Part shown: positions 18,421 to 28,257 of the stretch, one piece after another
Numbering within the stretch: position 1 is the first letter of the stretch
Layout: each line of letters starts with the position of its first letter
Source of the DNA: a virus
Taxonomy: Duplodnaviria > Caudoviricetes
Direction: 5' to 3' (one strand)
DNA length: 64,000 nucleotides
IMG/VR virus record: IMGVR_UViG_3300005512_000003
The notes under the pieces: generated by a model
The model's database searches: none
The model's input: only the letters and a program-made list of their open reading frames with translations
What the model was told of the DNA's origin: nothing
Made by a program: the position numbers and the translations under genes

Positions 18421-19692
18421 ATGGCGCTGACAAAAGTTGATGGTAACCAAATTAAAACGCCGATAGGTATTGGAACTCAGAGTCCATCTACAACAATACA
18501 TTTAGTTGATAGTGTTCCTACCATTAGATTTGAAGATACTGAACAGGGACCAACTGTTTATGGGTCAGTTGGTGGTAATGGTGGAAATGTTATTTTAAAA
18601 GCAGATGAAGAAAATGCATCTGGTTCTACCAGGATTGCATTTGAAATCGATGGAAGTGAAAAACTTCGTGTAGATTCCGATGGTAATGTCGCCATCGGAA
18701 CTGATACAACTACATATGCTTTAGAAGTATATAAACAACAAAATGCAGGAACAACAGTTGAAATAAACAATCAAAATACTCAAGCAAGCGCACATTGCAG
18801 ATTAGGACTGGATGCTGATGTTGCATCACTAAATTTGTATTCTCATGGATCTGGAAGATCTTTAACAAGATATGAAACTGTTTTAAATGAATGGTCTGAG
18901 ATATCAAACACTGCTGGAAATGGTATTGTAATAGGAACACAAAGCCAAGTTCCTATTGTGTTTGGAACTAATGATAACTTGAGAGTTGTTATCAACGGAG
19001 ATAATGGATATGTTGGAGTTGGTACAACAAATGCAGATTCTCCAGTTCACTTAGAAAATACTGGTCCTGCAATAACTTTTGTTGATACAGATGACGCAAC
19101 AAAATCAAGATTAAGATATAATACTCCAAATCTTATCCTTGAAGCAGATATTAATAATGGTGCAGCAGATAGTAGAATATCATTTAGAATTGATGATGCC
19201 ACCACTTCTGGAGAAGTATTTGCAGTTGACTCTGCTGGAGTTTATTTTAATGAGAGCACTAGTGCCTTTCAATCTTATGAAGAAGGTACATGGACTCCAG
19301 TACCCTCTGATGCAAATTCTGGGGGAAACACTGCGTCTGGAACTTTTAATGGTTACTATATCCGAATAGGAGACATGGTATACATTAGTTGTGATCTTAC
19401 TAATATTGATACAACTGGAATGACGGGTGGAAACAACTTTTTTATTCAAGGATTGCCATTTAGTGGTGCAGTATCACAAACTGGAAGTATAAGGCATACT
19501 GGAATGGTTGATGCAACATTTATAACATACACTGGATCTTATCTTGCGGCATCGGCTCAAGATAATACTGATTATATTAGGATATTCGTGCAGGATAATA
19601 CTGGAGGAAACTCTAATGTAATGGATGTCAATGCAATCACTACCAGCGGATCATCAGATATTCGACTTAGTTTGTGGTATCAAACTGATTAG
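18421..19692 (+). CDS. Tail fibre protein
   Basis: GIGT/EKLRVDSDGNVAIGT repeats; YEEGTWTP...YIRIGDMV...GLPF C-terminal domain. Confidence 0.75.
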   Translation: MALTKVDGNQIKTPIGIGTQSPSTTIHLVDSVPTIRFEDTEQGPTVYGSVGGNGGNVILKADEENASGSTRIAFEIDGSEKLRVDSDGNVAIGTDTTTYALEVYKQQNAGTTVEINNQNTQASAHCRLGLDADVASLNLYSHGSGRSLTRYETVLNEWSEISNTAGNGIVIGTQSQVPIVFGTNDNLRVVINGDNGYVGVGTTNADSPVHLENTGPAITFVDTDDATKSRLRYNTPNLILEADINNGAADSRISFRIDDATTSGEVFAVDSAGVYFNESTSAFQSYEEGTWTPVPSDANSGGNTASGTFNGYYIRIGDMVYISCDLTNIDTTGMTGGNNFFIQGLPFSGAVSQTGSIRHTGMVDATFITYTGSYLAASAQDNTDYIRIFVQDNTGGNSNVMDVNAITTSGSSDIRLSLWYQTD

Positions 19693-19727
19693 ATAAATAA
19701 ATAAAACAAAGACTTAGAAGGAACAAA

Positions 19728-21428
19728 ATGGCTGATCGTTATCCATTAGTAGTTGCATCTGGAGTTCTACAAGAGATTCCAAGTGGTGATAATATAAATC
19801 TGACAGGTGCTGGTCTTACAAACGCTGTTTCTATTGCTACAACAACACTCACTGTTGCTGATGTAGATATCACTCCTATTACTGGTGTTACTACTTATTA
19901 TGTAACTACTGCAGGAAATGATAGAACTGGAGATGGATCTGCCTCAAACCCATGGGCAACTCCACATAAAGCTATCCAAAATTTAAGAAACAGAAAAATA
20001 TCACTTAGCGGTTCATACGGTAAAGTAACTGTCGATGTTGGTGTTGGTACATATAGATTTGGTTTAAATCAAACTGCTGCTGGAACTGACTATGAAAACA
20101 AAACATATCTTTTAAGCGGTGGGTCTGGAACGGGTGCAGTTGTTGCTATTACAACCACTACGAGTGGTGCTGTAGTTCAGGCAAAACTTCTTGATGGGGG
20201 AACAGGATATCTTGCTTCTGACACTTTAGGAATCACAACAACCATTGGTTCTGGTGCTCAGTTTGGTATTTTCCATGTTGGAGACTCTGGAGAAATTTTA
20301 GGGGAACTTAGAGTTGATCACCCAGATGGAGATGCTATTCTTATAACTGGTGGTGCAGTAACTGGAACGAAACCAGGACTACGAGGTAATCATTTCTATA
20401 ATCAATGTGGTGTAGGTATTGGATCTGATCCTGCAGGAACAGGTACATCATTTGAATGGTCAAGTCTTTATGATTCAACATCCCCAGCTGGTGCATATCC
20501 AAATCCAATGGTAGATGGTGTTGGTAACTCTGAAACATCTGAAGTTTATAATAGAGGAATCTTAGAAGCATACTATGGTTCTAGATTATATTTTCACGGA
20601 TGTAATGGATTTGCAAGTAATGGAGTTCCTGCAAAACTAGATAAACTTCTTGCTGTTGGGTTTAGAGCAGATGGAAAGATGTTGAACTCTGCTGGAGCAG
20701 CAACAACTGTTGTTACTGCATATTATGGAGCAGCAAATCGTATTGAATCTGACGCATCTATTGAAGATGATGCAACAGTTGAAGAAAACAATCTTTCATC
20801 AGACTCTTACAGTACTCAAGGATCATTTAACTTTGGTCCTGATATTTCTATTCATGGATTTTATAGATCTGTGATTATGGATGGTGGAATCTTGGATGGA
20901 GCATATACTACATTTACAAACGCTAACTATATTGGTGTAGCAGGTAATGTTGGATCACATATAAAAATTGGTCGTGGGAGAATATTGAACTGTAGATCAA
21001 ACTTGATTAATGCATCTACAGCAAGAGTTTCTGCTCAATCCTGTTTTATAAGCAACTCTGCTGTTAATGGAGTAGCAGGATCTTATAATGGATTTGTAAA
21101 CTTACAATCTACTCTGGAAGAAACACTTGTATCTTATGGTGCTTCAACTGTTATTGCAAACAATAGAAACCATGGAGTTGTTATGAGATATGGTGCAACT
21201 GCAAGAGTTGTTGCAACTTCACTTTCTGATAACATATATGTTTATGGTAATGGAAGTTCTGTGGATCGCGCTCAGTTAGAGGTTGCAAATATGGCATCTA
21301 TTCATGTCACTAATCCCGAAAAAGTCATAGTTGCAACTTCTTCTGGAGCTGGCGCAACTACAAGTCCTGGATATGGTGTCACTGGTAACTTTAACTCTAT
21401 TATTACATCTTATACTGCTGGTGCGTGA
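19728..21428 (+). CDS. Tailspike-like beta-helix protein
   Basis: MADRYPL module; YYVTTAGND.TGDGS..NPWAT..KA (pectate-lyase-like N-cap). Paralogue of the 10971 protein. Confidence 0.7.
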   Translation: MADRYPLVVASGVLQEIPSGDNINLTGAGLTNAVSIATTTLTVADVDITPITGVTTYYVTTAGNDRTGDGSASNPWATPHKAIQNLRNRKISLSGSYGKVTVDVGVGTYRFGLNQTAAGTDYENKTYLLSGGSGTGAVVAITTTTSGAVVQAKLLDGGTGYLASDTLGITTTIGSGAQFGIFHVGDSGEILGELRVDHPDGDAILITGGAVTGTKPGLRGNHFYNQCGVGIGSDPAGTGTSFEWSSLYDSTSPAGAYPNPMVDGVGNSETSEVYNRGILEAYYGSRLYFHGCNGFASNGVPAKLDKLLAVGFRADGKMLNSAGAATTVVTAYYGAANRIESDASIEDDATVEENNLSSDSYSTQGSFNFGPDISIHGFYRSVIMDGGILDGAYTTFTNANYIGVAGNVGSHIKIGRGRILNCRSNLINASTARVSAQSCFISNSAVNGVAGSYNGFVNLQSTLEETLVSYGASTVIANNRNHGVVMRYGATARVVATSLSDNIYVYGNGSSVDRAQLEVANMASIHVTNPEKVIVATSSGAGATTSPGYGVTGNFNSIITSYTAGA

Positions 21429-21439
21429 TATAAAATCTC

Positions 21440-21468
21440 AAAAGACCCTCTACCGAGGGTCTTTTTTT
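21440..21468 (+). terminator. Rho-independent terminator
   Basis: AAAAGACCCTC-TACC-GAGGGTCTTTTTTT. Confidence 0.85.
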
Positions 21469-21510
21469 ATGCCTAAATACCCATGAATCCTGAATACATG
21501 AATAGGAACA

Positions 21511-21723
21511 ATGACTGAACAACAACAGCATCTTCAACAAGTTCTTGAACAGCAACAACAACTCGCAGCAGAGTTTGAAGAACTTCAAAGACAAATGACT
21601 TCAAAGAGAGAACTTTTTATCAAACTTCAAGGGATTGCAGAGTATCTTCAGCAGACTGGTGTAACTCTTCCTACTGAAGAAGAAGTTGCAACTCCAGAAG
21701 TAGAAGTTCAGACTGCTGAGTGA
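21511..21723 (+). CDS. Small Q/E-rich coiled-coil protein
   Basis: Late promoter core at 21474; KLQGIAEYL motif. Confidence 0.65.
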   Translation: MTEQQQHLQQVLEQQQQLAAEFEELQRQMTSKRELFIKLQGIAEYLQQTGVTLPTEEEVATPEVEVQTAE

Positions 21724-21755
21724 CATAAATTATTAAATAAGACTTGGTAAAATAA

Positions 21756-23900
21756 ATGGCAATCACCAGAGCGACAAACCTTGCAGGATTGGGAACAGTT
21801 TTTGATGCTCTCACTGATGGTGGAGGTTTGTCGATCTCTGGATTGTCAACTTTTTCAGCACCATTTCATGTTGGTTTTGGTGGAACTGTTATAACAACTA
21901 CTGATGCTGGTTTGGTTGGTATTGGAAGCACAATTCCCACGAGACCATTAGATATTCTTAAAGAAGATGAGATACTTTTAAATCTAGCAAGAACAACATC
22001 TTCAAGTGGAGTCCAAGCAAATCTTGAGATTAAAGCTATAACTAGTGCCTCTATTACTGAAAGAACAGAATCTTTTGGTCCTTCTATTATTGGTAGATAT
22101 ACCGACTCTTCTAATACGGGTCGGAATCTTGGATCTATTATCTTTAAAAGAGAGGAAAGTGGAGTTAATGGTGAAATACTTTTAAGAACTTATGCCAATA
22201 CAGCAACAAGTGAAGTAAGTATTGATTCTACAGGAGCAGTTGGAATAGGATCATCTTCAACTGGAGCAAGATTGTTTGCTATAGATGATGGTAGTAGTCC
22301 AATCGCTGCACCAATAGCAAATTTTGAAAGAGTAAACAATCATATTCCTTCTACTAACCTAGATCCTAATCTTTCTACTTTAAGACTTAAAGATCATAGT
22401 GACAATGTGATCATTCATGCAACTAATCAGACTATCAAACCATTATTTACTTTAAATGGTCAGGGACAAGTTGGTGTAGGAACAACTAGCCCATTTAAAG
22501 GTACAATGGCCAATTTAACTGGATTGGATTGTCATGGAGAACTATGGATAGGGGGTGCTCCAGATTTACCATCAGTACCTCAATATTCTACTCTAAGATT
22601 TAGAAACGCTACAGTTGGGCAAGAATATGCAACTATTAGAATAGGTAGTGACGAGAGATTGTATACTGAAGTTTCTGGTCAAGAAAGATTATCAATAGAT
22701 ACAACTGGAAATATAATTGCAAATACTGGAAATGGTAATGTCGGAATCGCAACTACGCTTTCAAAAATATCATCTTTTACAAGACTTAATATAAAAGGTG
22801 GACTTGAAATATCTCAAGATACTTCATCTAGTTTCTTATTGTCAAGAGAAAGTGGCGGACAAATGACATGTGAACATGTATTTGCTTCCAGTTCTAACTC
22901 TCCAAACTATACTTTTGGTCAAAACTTATTATGGACTGGAGAACTAGCAGGAGTAACAGTAAGAGATGGTAACCCTTATTATGAAAACTATGCACCAGTA
23001 TCTGGAAAAAAAGAGTTTGGATTTATATCTGCAGCAACAAAAGATACCTCATTTACTTCAGGTAATCTCATTAAAGTTTTAGTATTAACTGATGATAATA
23101 GAATCGGAGTTAAGCATGATGATCCAAACTCTGCTATTGACTTGGCAGGAACTGATGATGAAATAAGATGGTATAGAGATGACCGAGCTCGGTATGGTGG
23201 CATCAGATATAATGGAAGTAACTTTATTATAAAACAACCATTTGGAGATAACTTACAAGTTACTGACAGTTCAGACTCTATGATTTTTCAGATTAGTAGC
23301 ACTGGTATTATTAACACCTTACCAACTGCAAATGATACAACAGCAAATGCAGCAAATGTTTTTATCAGCTCAGTTAATGGACAATTAAGTAGATCTACAT
23401 CTTCTATTAGATATAAAACTCAAGTTGAAGATTTAGAATCATCAAGATCTGATGCAATATTAGGATTAAGACCTGTTTGGTATCGATCTACGACTTCTAA
23501 TGATAATCAAAACTGGTCTTGGTATGGATTGATTGCAGAGGAGGTTGCAGAAATCGAACCAAGATTAGTATTTTGGGGACATCATGATTCAGACTATGAA
23601 GAGGTTTTAGAACAGACAGTTGATTCTGATGGAGTTCCTCAGTTCAAGGTTGAAAATGTAAAAATTATTGGTATTGGAACAACTGGGGAAACAGTTGTTG
23701 GTATTGGAACAACATTAGTTCCTGTAATGTCAAAAGTTAAAAAAGTTAAGGAAGGTGTGGAAGAAAGTCCTCAAGGTGTTCAATATGATAGATTGACTGT
23801 TTTACTTCTTGATGTCATAAAAAGACAAAAAATAGAACTAGATGATTTAAAATCAAAAGTGCAAGTTATTGCAACCCAAGTTGGTATTGCGTCAACTTAA
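21756..23900 (+). CDS. Tail fibre with C-terminal S74 chaperone
   Basis: VGIG repeats; STSSIRYK; LRPVWY; GLIAEEVAEIEPRLV; VQYDRLTVLL. Confidence 0.85.
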   Translation: MAITRATNLAGLGTVFDALTDGGGLSISGLSTFSAPFHVGFGGTVITTTDAGLVGIGSTIPTRPLDILKEDEILLNLARTTSSSGVQANLEIKAITSASITERTESFGPSIIGRYTDSSNTGRNLGSIIFKREESGVNGEILLRTYANTATSEVSIDSTGAVGIGSSSTGARLFAIDDGSSPIAAPIANFERVNNHIPSTNLDPNLSTLRLKDHSDNVIIHATNQTIKPLFTLNGQGQVGVGTTSPFKGTMANLTGLDCHGELWIGGAPDLPSVPQYSTLRFRNATVGQEYATIRIGSDERLYTEVSGQERLSIDTTGNIIANTGNGNVGIATTLSKISSFTRLNIKGGLEISQDTSSSFLLSRESGGQMTCEHVFASSSNSPNYTFGQNLLWTGELAGVTVRDGNPYYENYAPVSGKKEFGFISAATKDTSFTSGNLIKVLVLTDDNRIGVKHDDPNSAIDLAGTDDEIRWYRDDRARYGGIRYNGSNFIIKQPFGDNLQVTDSSDSMIFQISSTGIINTLPTANDTTANAANVFISSVNGQLSRSTSSIRYKTQVEDLESSRSDAILGLRPVWYRSTTSNDNQNWSWYGLIAEEVAEIEPRLVFWGHHDSDYEEVLEQTVDSDGVPQFKVENVKIIGIGTTGETVVGIGTTLVPVMSKVKKVKEGVEESPQGVQYDRLTVLLLDVIKRQKIELDDLKSKVQVIATQVGIAST

Positions 23901-23943
23901 GATTAAAACTTATAAATAACTAGAAACAAAGTAACAGAGAAAA

Positions 23944-25224
23944 ATGGCGGATCGTTATCCATTAGTTGTAGATTCATCTAACTTTAGAATCGAAGAACTA
24001 CCAGCAGGAGATAGTTTAGATTTTTCTGGTGCATCTATCAAGAGTGCTTCTATCACTGGTCCTTGCACAGTTACAGGATCTACATCAGATTTTGAGTCTC
24101 CTCTTCTTAGAATTACTCAAACTGGTAATGGACATGCTCTTTTAGTTGAGGATGACACGCATCCAGATACAACACCAGGTCTTGTTATTTCTGGTGTTGG
24201 ATCTTGTGGTATCGGAACAACGATTCCTTCTGCTAGATTTGATGTTAGATTGCAATCCAATGCAGGATTTGCATATACCACCAATCCTGTTGGACAAAAT
24301 GTAAATGATAGAATCACTGCTGCTATATTCGGTAATCTTGGTACTTTAGGAAATGATAATAATATAGAAACCCAAATAGGTATAGCTGCTGGTAGAACAG
24401 GTCAGGCAGTATATACTCTTGGCGTTAAAAAGACCGATGGAAATATTGGCAATTTTAACATGAGAAGATCCATTGGAAGTGGATCTACGGATTTCATGAC
24501 TGTTGTTGGAACTGCCACCAGCGCACAAATTGGTATTGGAACCACTCAACCAAAAGGAGTTATTGATATTTTCTGTAATCCAGGTGACACTGCAATCACA
24601 TTAAGTGGTAGTGGACTTGAAAATGATAGATTTGGTCAAATTAAGTTTGACTCACAAGCAATGACTCTTATAGCACCATCTGATGGTGATAACATTCGAC
24701 TCATTGCTCAAAATAATGTAGGTAGAGTCGAACTTTGGACAGCAGAAACACAAGTTTCTGCGGCTGCTTCTGTTAGAGTTGCAATTAGCACTGTAGGTAT
24801 TGTTACTTTCTTCCAAACGTATAACTATACAACTGCTTCTGCAGCAAATATGGTTATTGAGTCAAATGGAGAGATTAAGAGATCTACCTCATCGGCAAGA
24901 TACAAAACAAATATCAATAATGTTACAGATGAAGAATCAAAATCTGTTCTGAGTTTCAGACCAGTAACATATCAATCAAAAGATAATGCTGATGATTTGG
25001 ATGCGACTTGGTTTGGTTTGATTGCAGAAGAGGTTGCAGAAATCGAACCAAGACTTGTTAGTTATGGGTATAGCGAAGATGCTTGGGATCTTATAGACGG
25101 AAGAAAAGTTCTCAAAGAAGGTGCAGAAAAAGTTCCACAGGGTGTAATGTATGATAAGATCGTAGTTCTGTTGATTGATAGAATCAAAAAGTTAGAAGCA
25201 AGATTAGAGTCTGCTGGTCTCTGA
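23944..25224 (+). CDS. Tail fibre with MADRYPL N-terminus and C-terminal S74 chaperone
   Basis: STSSARYK; FRPVTY; GLIAEEVAEIEPRLV; YDKIVVLL. Confidence 0.85.
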   Translation: MADRYPLVVDSSNFRIEELPAGDSLDFSGASIKSASITGPCTVTGSTSDFESPLLRITQTGNGHALLVEDDTHPDTTPGLVISGVGSCGIGTTIPSARFDVRLQSNAGFAYTTNPVGQNVNDRITAAIFGNLGTLGNDNNIETQIGIAAGRTGQAVYTLGVKKTDGNIGNFNMRRSIGSGSTDFMTVVGTATSAQIGIGTTQPKGVIDIFCNPGDTAITLSGSGLENDRFGQIKFDSQAMTLIAPSDGDNIRLIAQNNVGRVELWTAETQVSAAASVRVAISTVGIVTFFQTYNYTTASAANMVIESNGEIKRSTSSARYKTNINNVTDEESKSVLSFRPVTYQSKDNADDLDATWFGLIAEEVAEIEPRLVSYGYSEDAWDLIDGRKVLKEGAEKVPQGVMYDKIVVLLIDRIKKLEARLESAGL

Positions 25225-25225
25225 T

Positions 25226-25284
25226 CAGACACTCTAAGAACTGTCACACTGGGGTCTTCGGACCCCTTTTTCATGCCCTATAAT
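25226..25284 (+). promoter_or_regulatory. Early promoter with an embedded terminator hairpin
   Basis: CAGACA-N10-TGTCAC; GGGGTC-TTCG-GACCCC-TTTTT; TATAAT at 25279. Confidence 0.75.
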
Positions 25285-25310
25285 ACAGAGGTAATCAAGG
25301 GAAGGACCCC

Positions 25311-25766
25311 GTGACCGTCACTGCAACCCGCCAAGAGTTCAGCGAGTTCTGTGCTCAGCGTGATGCTCAGAACACCATTCAACTGAATGTTGTGAAATAT
25401 TGCTGGATGCTGTGTGATGCTCTGCGTCAGAACTACATTGAGTACAGCATCAAATCTCATGAGCGTTCTATTCTCAATGAGATCAACTCCGATTATCATC
25501 AGGCATGTATTGAAGATCTCAAGAATGGTCATTCCGATTATGACTTTACCTTTGAGTCTGGTCGTAAGTATCACAAGATCATCATGAACGCTAATGGTTC
25601 CCGTTCGGTTCATGCTTTCGTTGACAAGAAGACTGGTTCCGTGTATAAACCAGCCTCATTTAAAACTCCTGCCAAAGGTGTTCGCTTCAACCTCAACATT
25701 ATCAGTGAGCGTGAGTGGTTGTTTGAAAATGCAGACTGGGCAGGTGGATATCTTTACAAGCGTTGA
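25311..25766 (+). CDS. Conserved phage early protein
   Basis: GRKYHKI...SVHAFVDKKTG.VYKPASFKTPAKGVR motif. Confidence 0.7.
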   Translation: MTVTATRQEFSEFCAQRDAQNTIQLNVVKYCWMLCDALRQNYIEYSIKSHERSILNEINSDYHQACIEDLKNGHSDYDFTFESGRKYHKIIMNANGSRSVHAFVDKKTGSVYKPASFKTPAKGVRFNLNIISEREWLFENADWAGGYLYKR

Positions 25767-25818
25767 GAGACGCCTCTGAGGCGCTCTCAGGAGCGTCTCT
25801 GACCCTTTCTATGTGATT

Positions 25819-26145
25819 ATGGCAACCTATCGTTTTCGTGTCTGGCAGAGTGGCAGTGCTCCCTATGAGGTCACTGGTAATGGAATGTCATGGGGATATG
25901 CAAGAGAGAATGTTGCTCGTAGAGAAGGAGTGGATGTTTCGGATGTAATGCCCATAAATGGTAATGCTCCGATTGATGATGATTCATCCAGTTCTGGTGG
26001 AAGTAGTGGATTTGATGCTATGGGAAGTATAATGCTGATAGGAGTAATCCTATTGTTTGGATTGATCATCACATACTGGAAATGGATACTGATTGGTGGT
26101 ATAATAGTAGGAATACTTTGGTGGTGGTGTAAGGACGAACTATGA
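25819..26145 (+). CDS. Hypothetical membrane protein
   Basis: C-terminal hydrophobic helices after an S/G linker. Confidence 0.55.
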   Translation: MATYRFRVWQSGSAPYEVTGNGMSWGYARENVARREGVDVSDVMPINGNAPIDDDSSSSGGSSGFDAMGSIMLIGVILLFGLIITYWKWILIGGIIVGILWWWCKDEL

Positions 26146-26621
26146 AAGAGCATCCAAAATATAAAGGTATTTTTGTATGTCCTGATGGTAGGATCTTTAG
26201 TAACAAAAGAGGAAATCTACGACAGTTGAAACCACAAAAAACTGGATCTAATAAGAAATATAATAATGTTTATCTTTCCATATACGTTCAGTCAAGACCA
26301 AATAGAAAGTCTGTAAAAATACATAGATTAGTTGCGGAAACCTATATACCAAATCCAAACAATCTTCCAGTGGTTCATCATATCGATGAAAATAAGTTGA
26401 ATAATGATGTATCAAACTTGGAATGGGTTACACAACAACAAAATTGTGAACATACTAGATGTAAAAATAAATATTCGCTTATTGACACAAAAACTAATCT
26501 AGTGTATGAAATAACTAACATATCAAAGTTTGCTAAGGAAAATAATCTTGATATTTCTTCTTTGACGAAAGTTATAAGGGGGGAAAGAAAAATCTGTAAG
26601 GGGTTTGTATTAAATGTTTAA
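26142..26621 (+). CDS. HNH homing endonuclease (NUMOD4-HNH type)
   Basis: HRLVAETYIPNP...VHHIDENKLNN.VSNLEW; C-terminal NUMOD1-like HTH. Confidence 0.85.
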   Translation: MKEHPKYKGIFVCPDGRIFSNKRGNLRQLKPQKTGSNKKYNNVYLSIYVQSRPNRKSVKIHRLVAETYIPNPNNLPVVHHIDENKLNNDVSNLEWVTQQQNCEHTRCKNKYSLIDTKTNLVYEITNISKFAKENNLDISSLTKVIRGERKICKGFVLNV

Positions 26622-27480
26622 ACCGTTGCCGCTCTTCATCTGGGCAGGTGGTAAAAATAAGATGCTGAAGCACTATCTTCCTCTGATGCCCACAGAGGTT
26701 GATAGTTATTGCGAACCATTCTTTGGCGGTGGTGCAATGTTCATTCATGTTGTCAAGACATACAATCCATCACGATTGGTCATTAATGACATCAACGATG
26801 ATGTGATGAACATTTATCGTTCGATTGCACATGATTATGATGTATTCAAAGAGAGACTGAATGCTCTAGAGGACCATTATATTCCTCTGAAGAAAGAAGA
26901 TCGAAAGAAGTATTACTTTGAAGTGCGTCATGAACATGCATACGATTATGAGAAGTGGTCTAAACCAGTAGAAGCAGCAACTTTATACTTTTTGATGAAG
27001 ACGGGGTTCAACGGTATCTACCAGTTGAATCAAAACACAAATGGTAGGTATGGAACTCCGTCAGGACTTCTGAATCAAAAAGATGTCATTTATGATCGAA
27101 ATGTGTTAGACTGGTGGCATCAAGTTCTGCAGAAAACAGAGATTCTCTCTGGTGACTACAATAATGCAGTTCAAGATATAAAGACCTTTCACTTCTTCGA
27201 TCCACCATATCGTGACAGTTTTGCTGATTATGGAAATGGATTTGGTGATGATCAACTGTTGCGTCTGATTGCAATCTCAGATTTGCGTGAGAATGTATTT
27301 CTGTGCAATCGTGACAGTGGAGATGGATGGTTTGATGATAACAAAGGCGATCTAAATATCGCACGGTTTCCTGTAACTTATACAGCAGGAAGACGAAAGA
27401 AAACCGATGCAGGATTTGTAGCAAAACCAGCAACAGAAGTTCTGCTCTATCGTACACAACAACACAACCACTTTGATTGA
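26614..27480 (+). CDS. Dam-like N6-adenine DNA methyltransferase
   Basis: WAGGK, EPFFGGG, INDIN, DPPY. Target sequence is unknown. Confidence 0.9.
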   Translation: MFKPLPLFIWAGGKNKMLKHYLPLMPTEVDSYCEPFFGGGAMFIHVVKTYNPSRLVINDINDDVMNIYRSIAHDYDVFKERLNALEDHYIPLKKEDRKKYYFEVRHEHAYDYEKWSKPVEAATLYFLMKTGFNGIYQLNQNTNGRYGTPSGLLNQKDVIYDRNVLDWWHQVLQKTEILSGDYNNAVQDIKTFHFFDPPYRDSFADYGNGFGDDQLLRLIAISDLRENVFLCNRDSGDGWFDDNKGDLNIARFPVTYTAGRRKKTDAGFVAKPATEVLLYRTQQHNHFD

Positions 27481-27907
27481 CATGTTTATTCCTGAAGAAG
27501 AATACCGAGACATCTTGAAAATCATGCCTGTTTTCTGCATGGATTTTCTGATCCGATGCAAAGGAGAGTTTCTATTGATTAAAAGAACTCAAGAACCTGT
27601 AAAAGGTGTCTATTGGGTGATTGGTGGAAGAATGAGGCATCAAGAGACTATGGAAGATCTTGCGATGAGAGTACAAACCAGAGAAGTTGGTCGTTATCTG
27701 GGTCTTGGAAAGACCATTGGGTTTTCTAACTATTTCTTCCCTGAGGTTGAAGGTGCTAGAGCTACTCATACTCCTACATTGCTTCAACTGATTGATGTAA
27801 CGGAAAAATTTGATCCTAAACTTGATGACACCAGTGCAGACTTCATCTGGAGTGATAAACTACCTGAAGAACTGGAGAAGCAGACTCTGTGGTTGTGCCA
27901 GTGGTAA
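27473..27907 (+). CDS. Nudix hydrolase, GDP-mannose mannosyl hydrolase-like
   Basis: FLLIKR..EP.KG.YW.IGGR....ET...A.R...REVG (degenerate Nudix box) and TH. Confidence 0.7.
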   Translation: MIDMFIPEEEYRDILKIMPVFCMDFLIRCKGEFLLIKRTQEPVKGVYWVIGGRMRHQETMEDLAMRVQTREVGRYLGLGKTIGFSNYFFPEVEGARATHTPTLLQLIDVTEKFDPKLDDTSADFIWSDKLPEELEKQTLWLCQW

Positions 27908-27938
27908 TATCTAAATAATTTGAAAGAAACATAGACCA

Positions 27939-28142
27939 ATGAAAACCTTTGGGCACTTTCAAGAAGATATCCAACAACGTAGAGCGGCGATTGCTAAACA
28001 AAGAATGAAAGCAAATGCATCGGATACAGCAAACGCTGCTGAAGCAGAACGCCAAAGGGAAACTAATCGCAATGTCAACGCGATGAGTAAAAGAATCAAA
28101 GACCAAGCAAAAGATGAGTTGAAGAAAGAGTTGGGATTTTAG
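27939..28142 (+). CDS. Small late hypothetical protein
   Basis: TAAATA at 27912; MKTF..F.E N-terminus typical of T4-like internal/head proteins. Confidence 0.55.
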   Translation: MKTFGHFQEDIQQRRAAIAKQRMKANASDTANAAEAERQRETNRNVNAMSKRIKDQAKDELKKELGF

Positions 28143-28165
28143 TGATTATTGGGCAGCATAAGTGA

Positions 28166-28226
28166 TAAATACTGATGCTTATGTTTGGCGACTAGGCAGA
28201 GAGAGGGGCAGAAATGTCCCTCTCTT
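28166..28226 (+). ncRNA. Putative small antisense RNA, same architecture as 13203-13263
   Basis: TAAATA 28166-71; stem TGCTTA/TAGGCA with an 11-nt loop; second hairpin AGAGAGGGGCA-GAAA-TGTCCCTCTCT. 28176-89 is complementary to 28242-56. Confidence 0.55.
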
Positions 28227-28257
28227 GTATAAATAACATCAGCCAAACATAAAGCAG

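Noticed and set aside
1184-25224. Diversity-generating retroelement acting on the Mtd_N-like fibres
   Set aside because: No reverse transcriptase and no template/variable repeat pair differing only at adenines was seen.
25766-25800. tRNA or ncRNA at the GC-rich hairpin
   Set aside because: Single imperfect hairpin with no cloverleaf; more likely a terminator or processing stem. No tRNA was recognised anywhere in the window.
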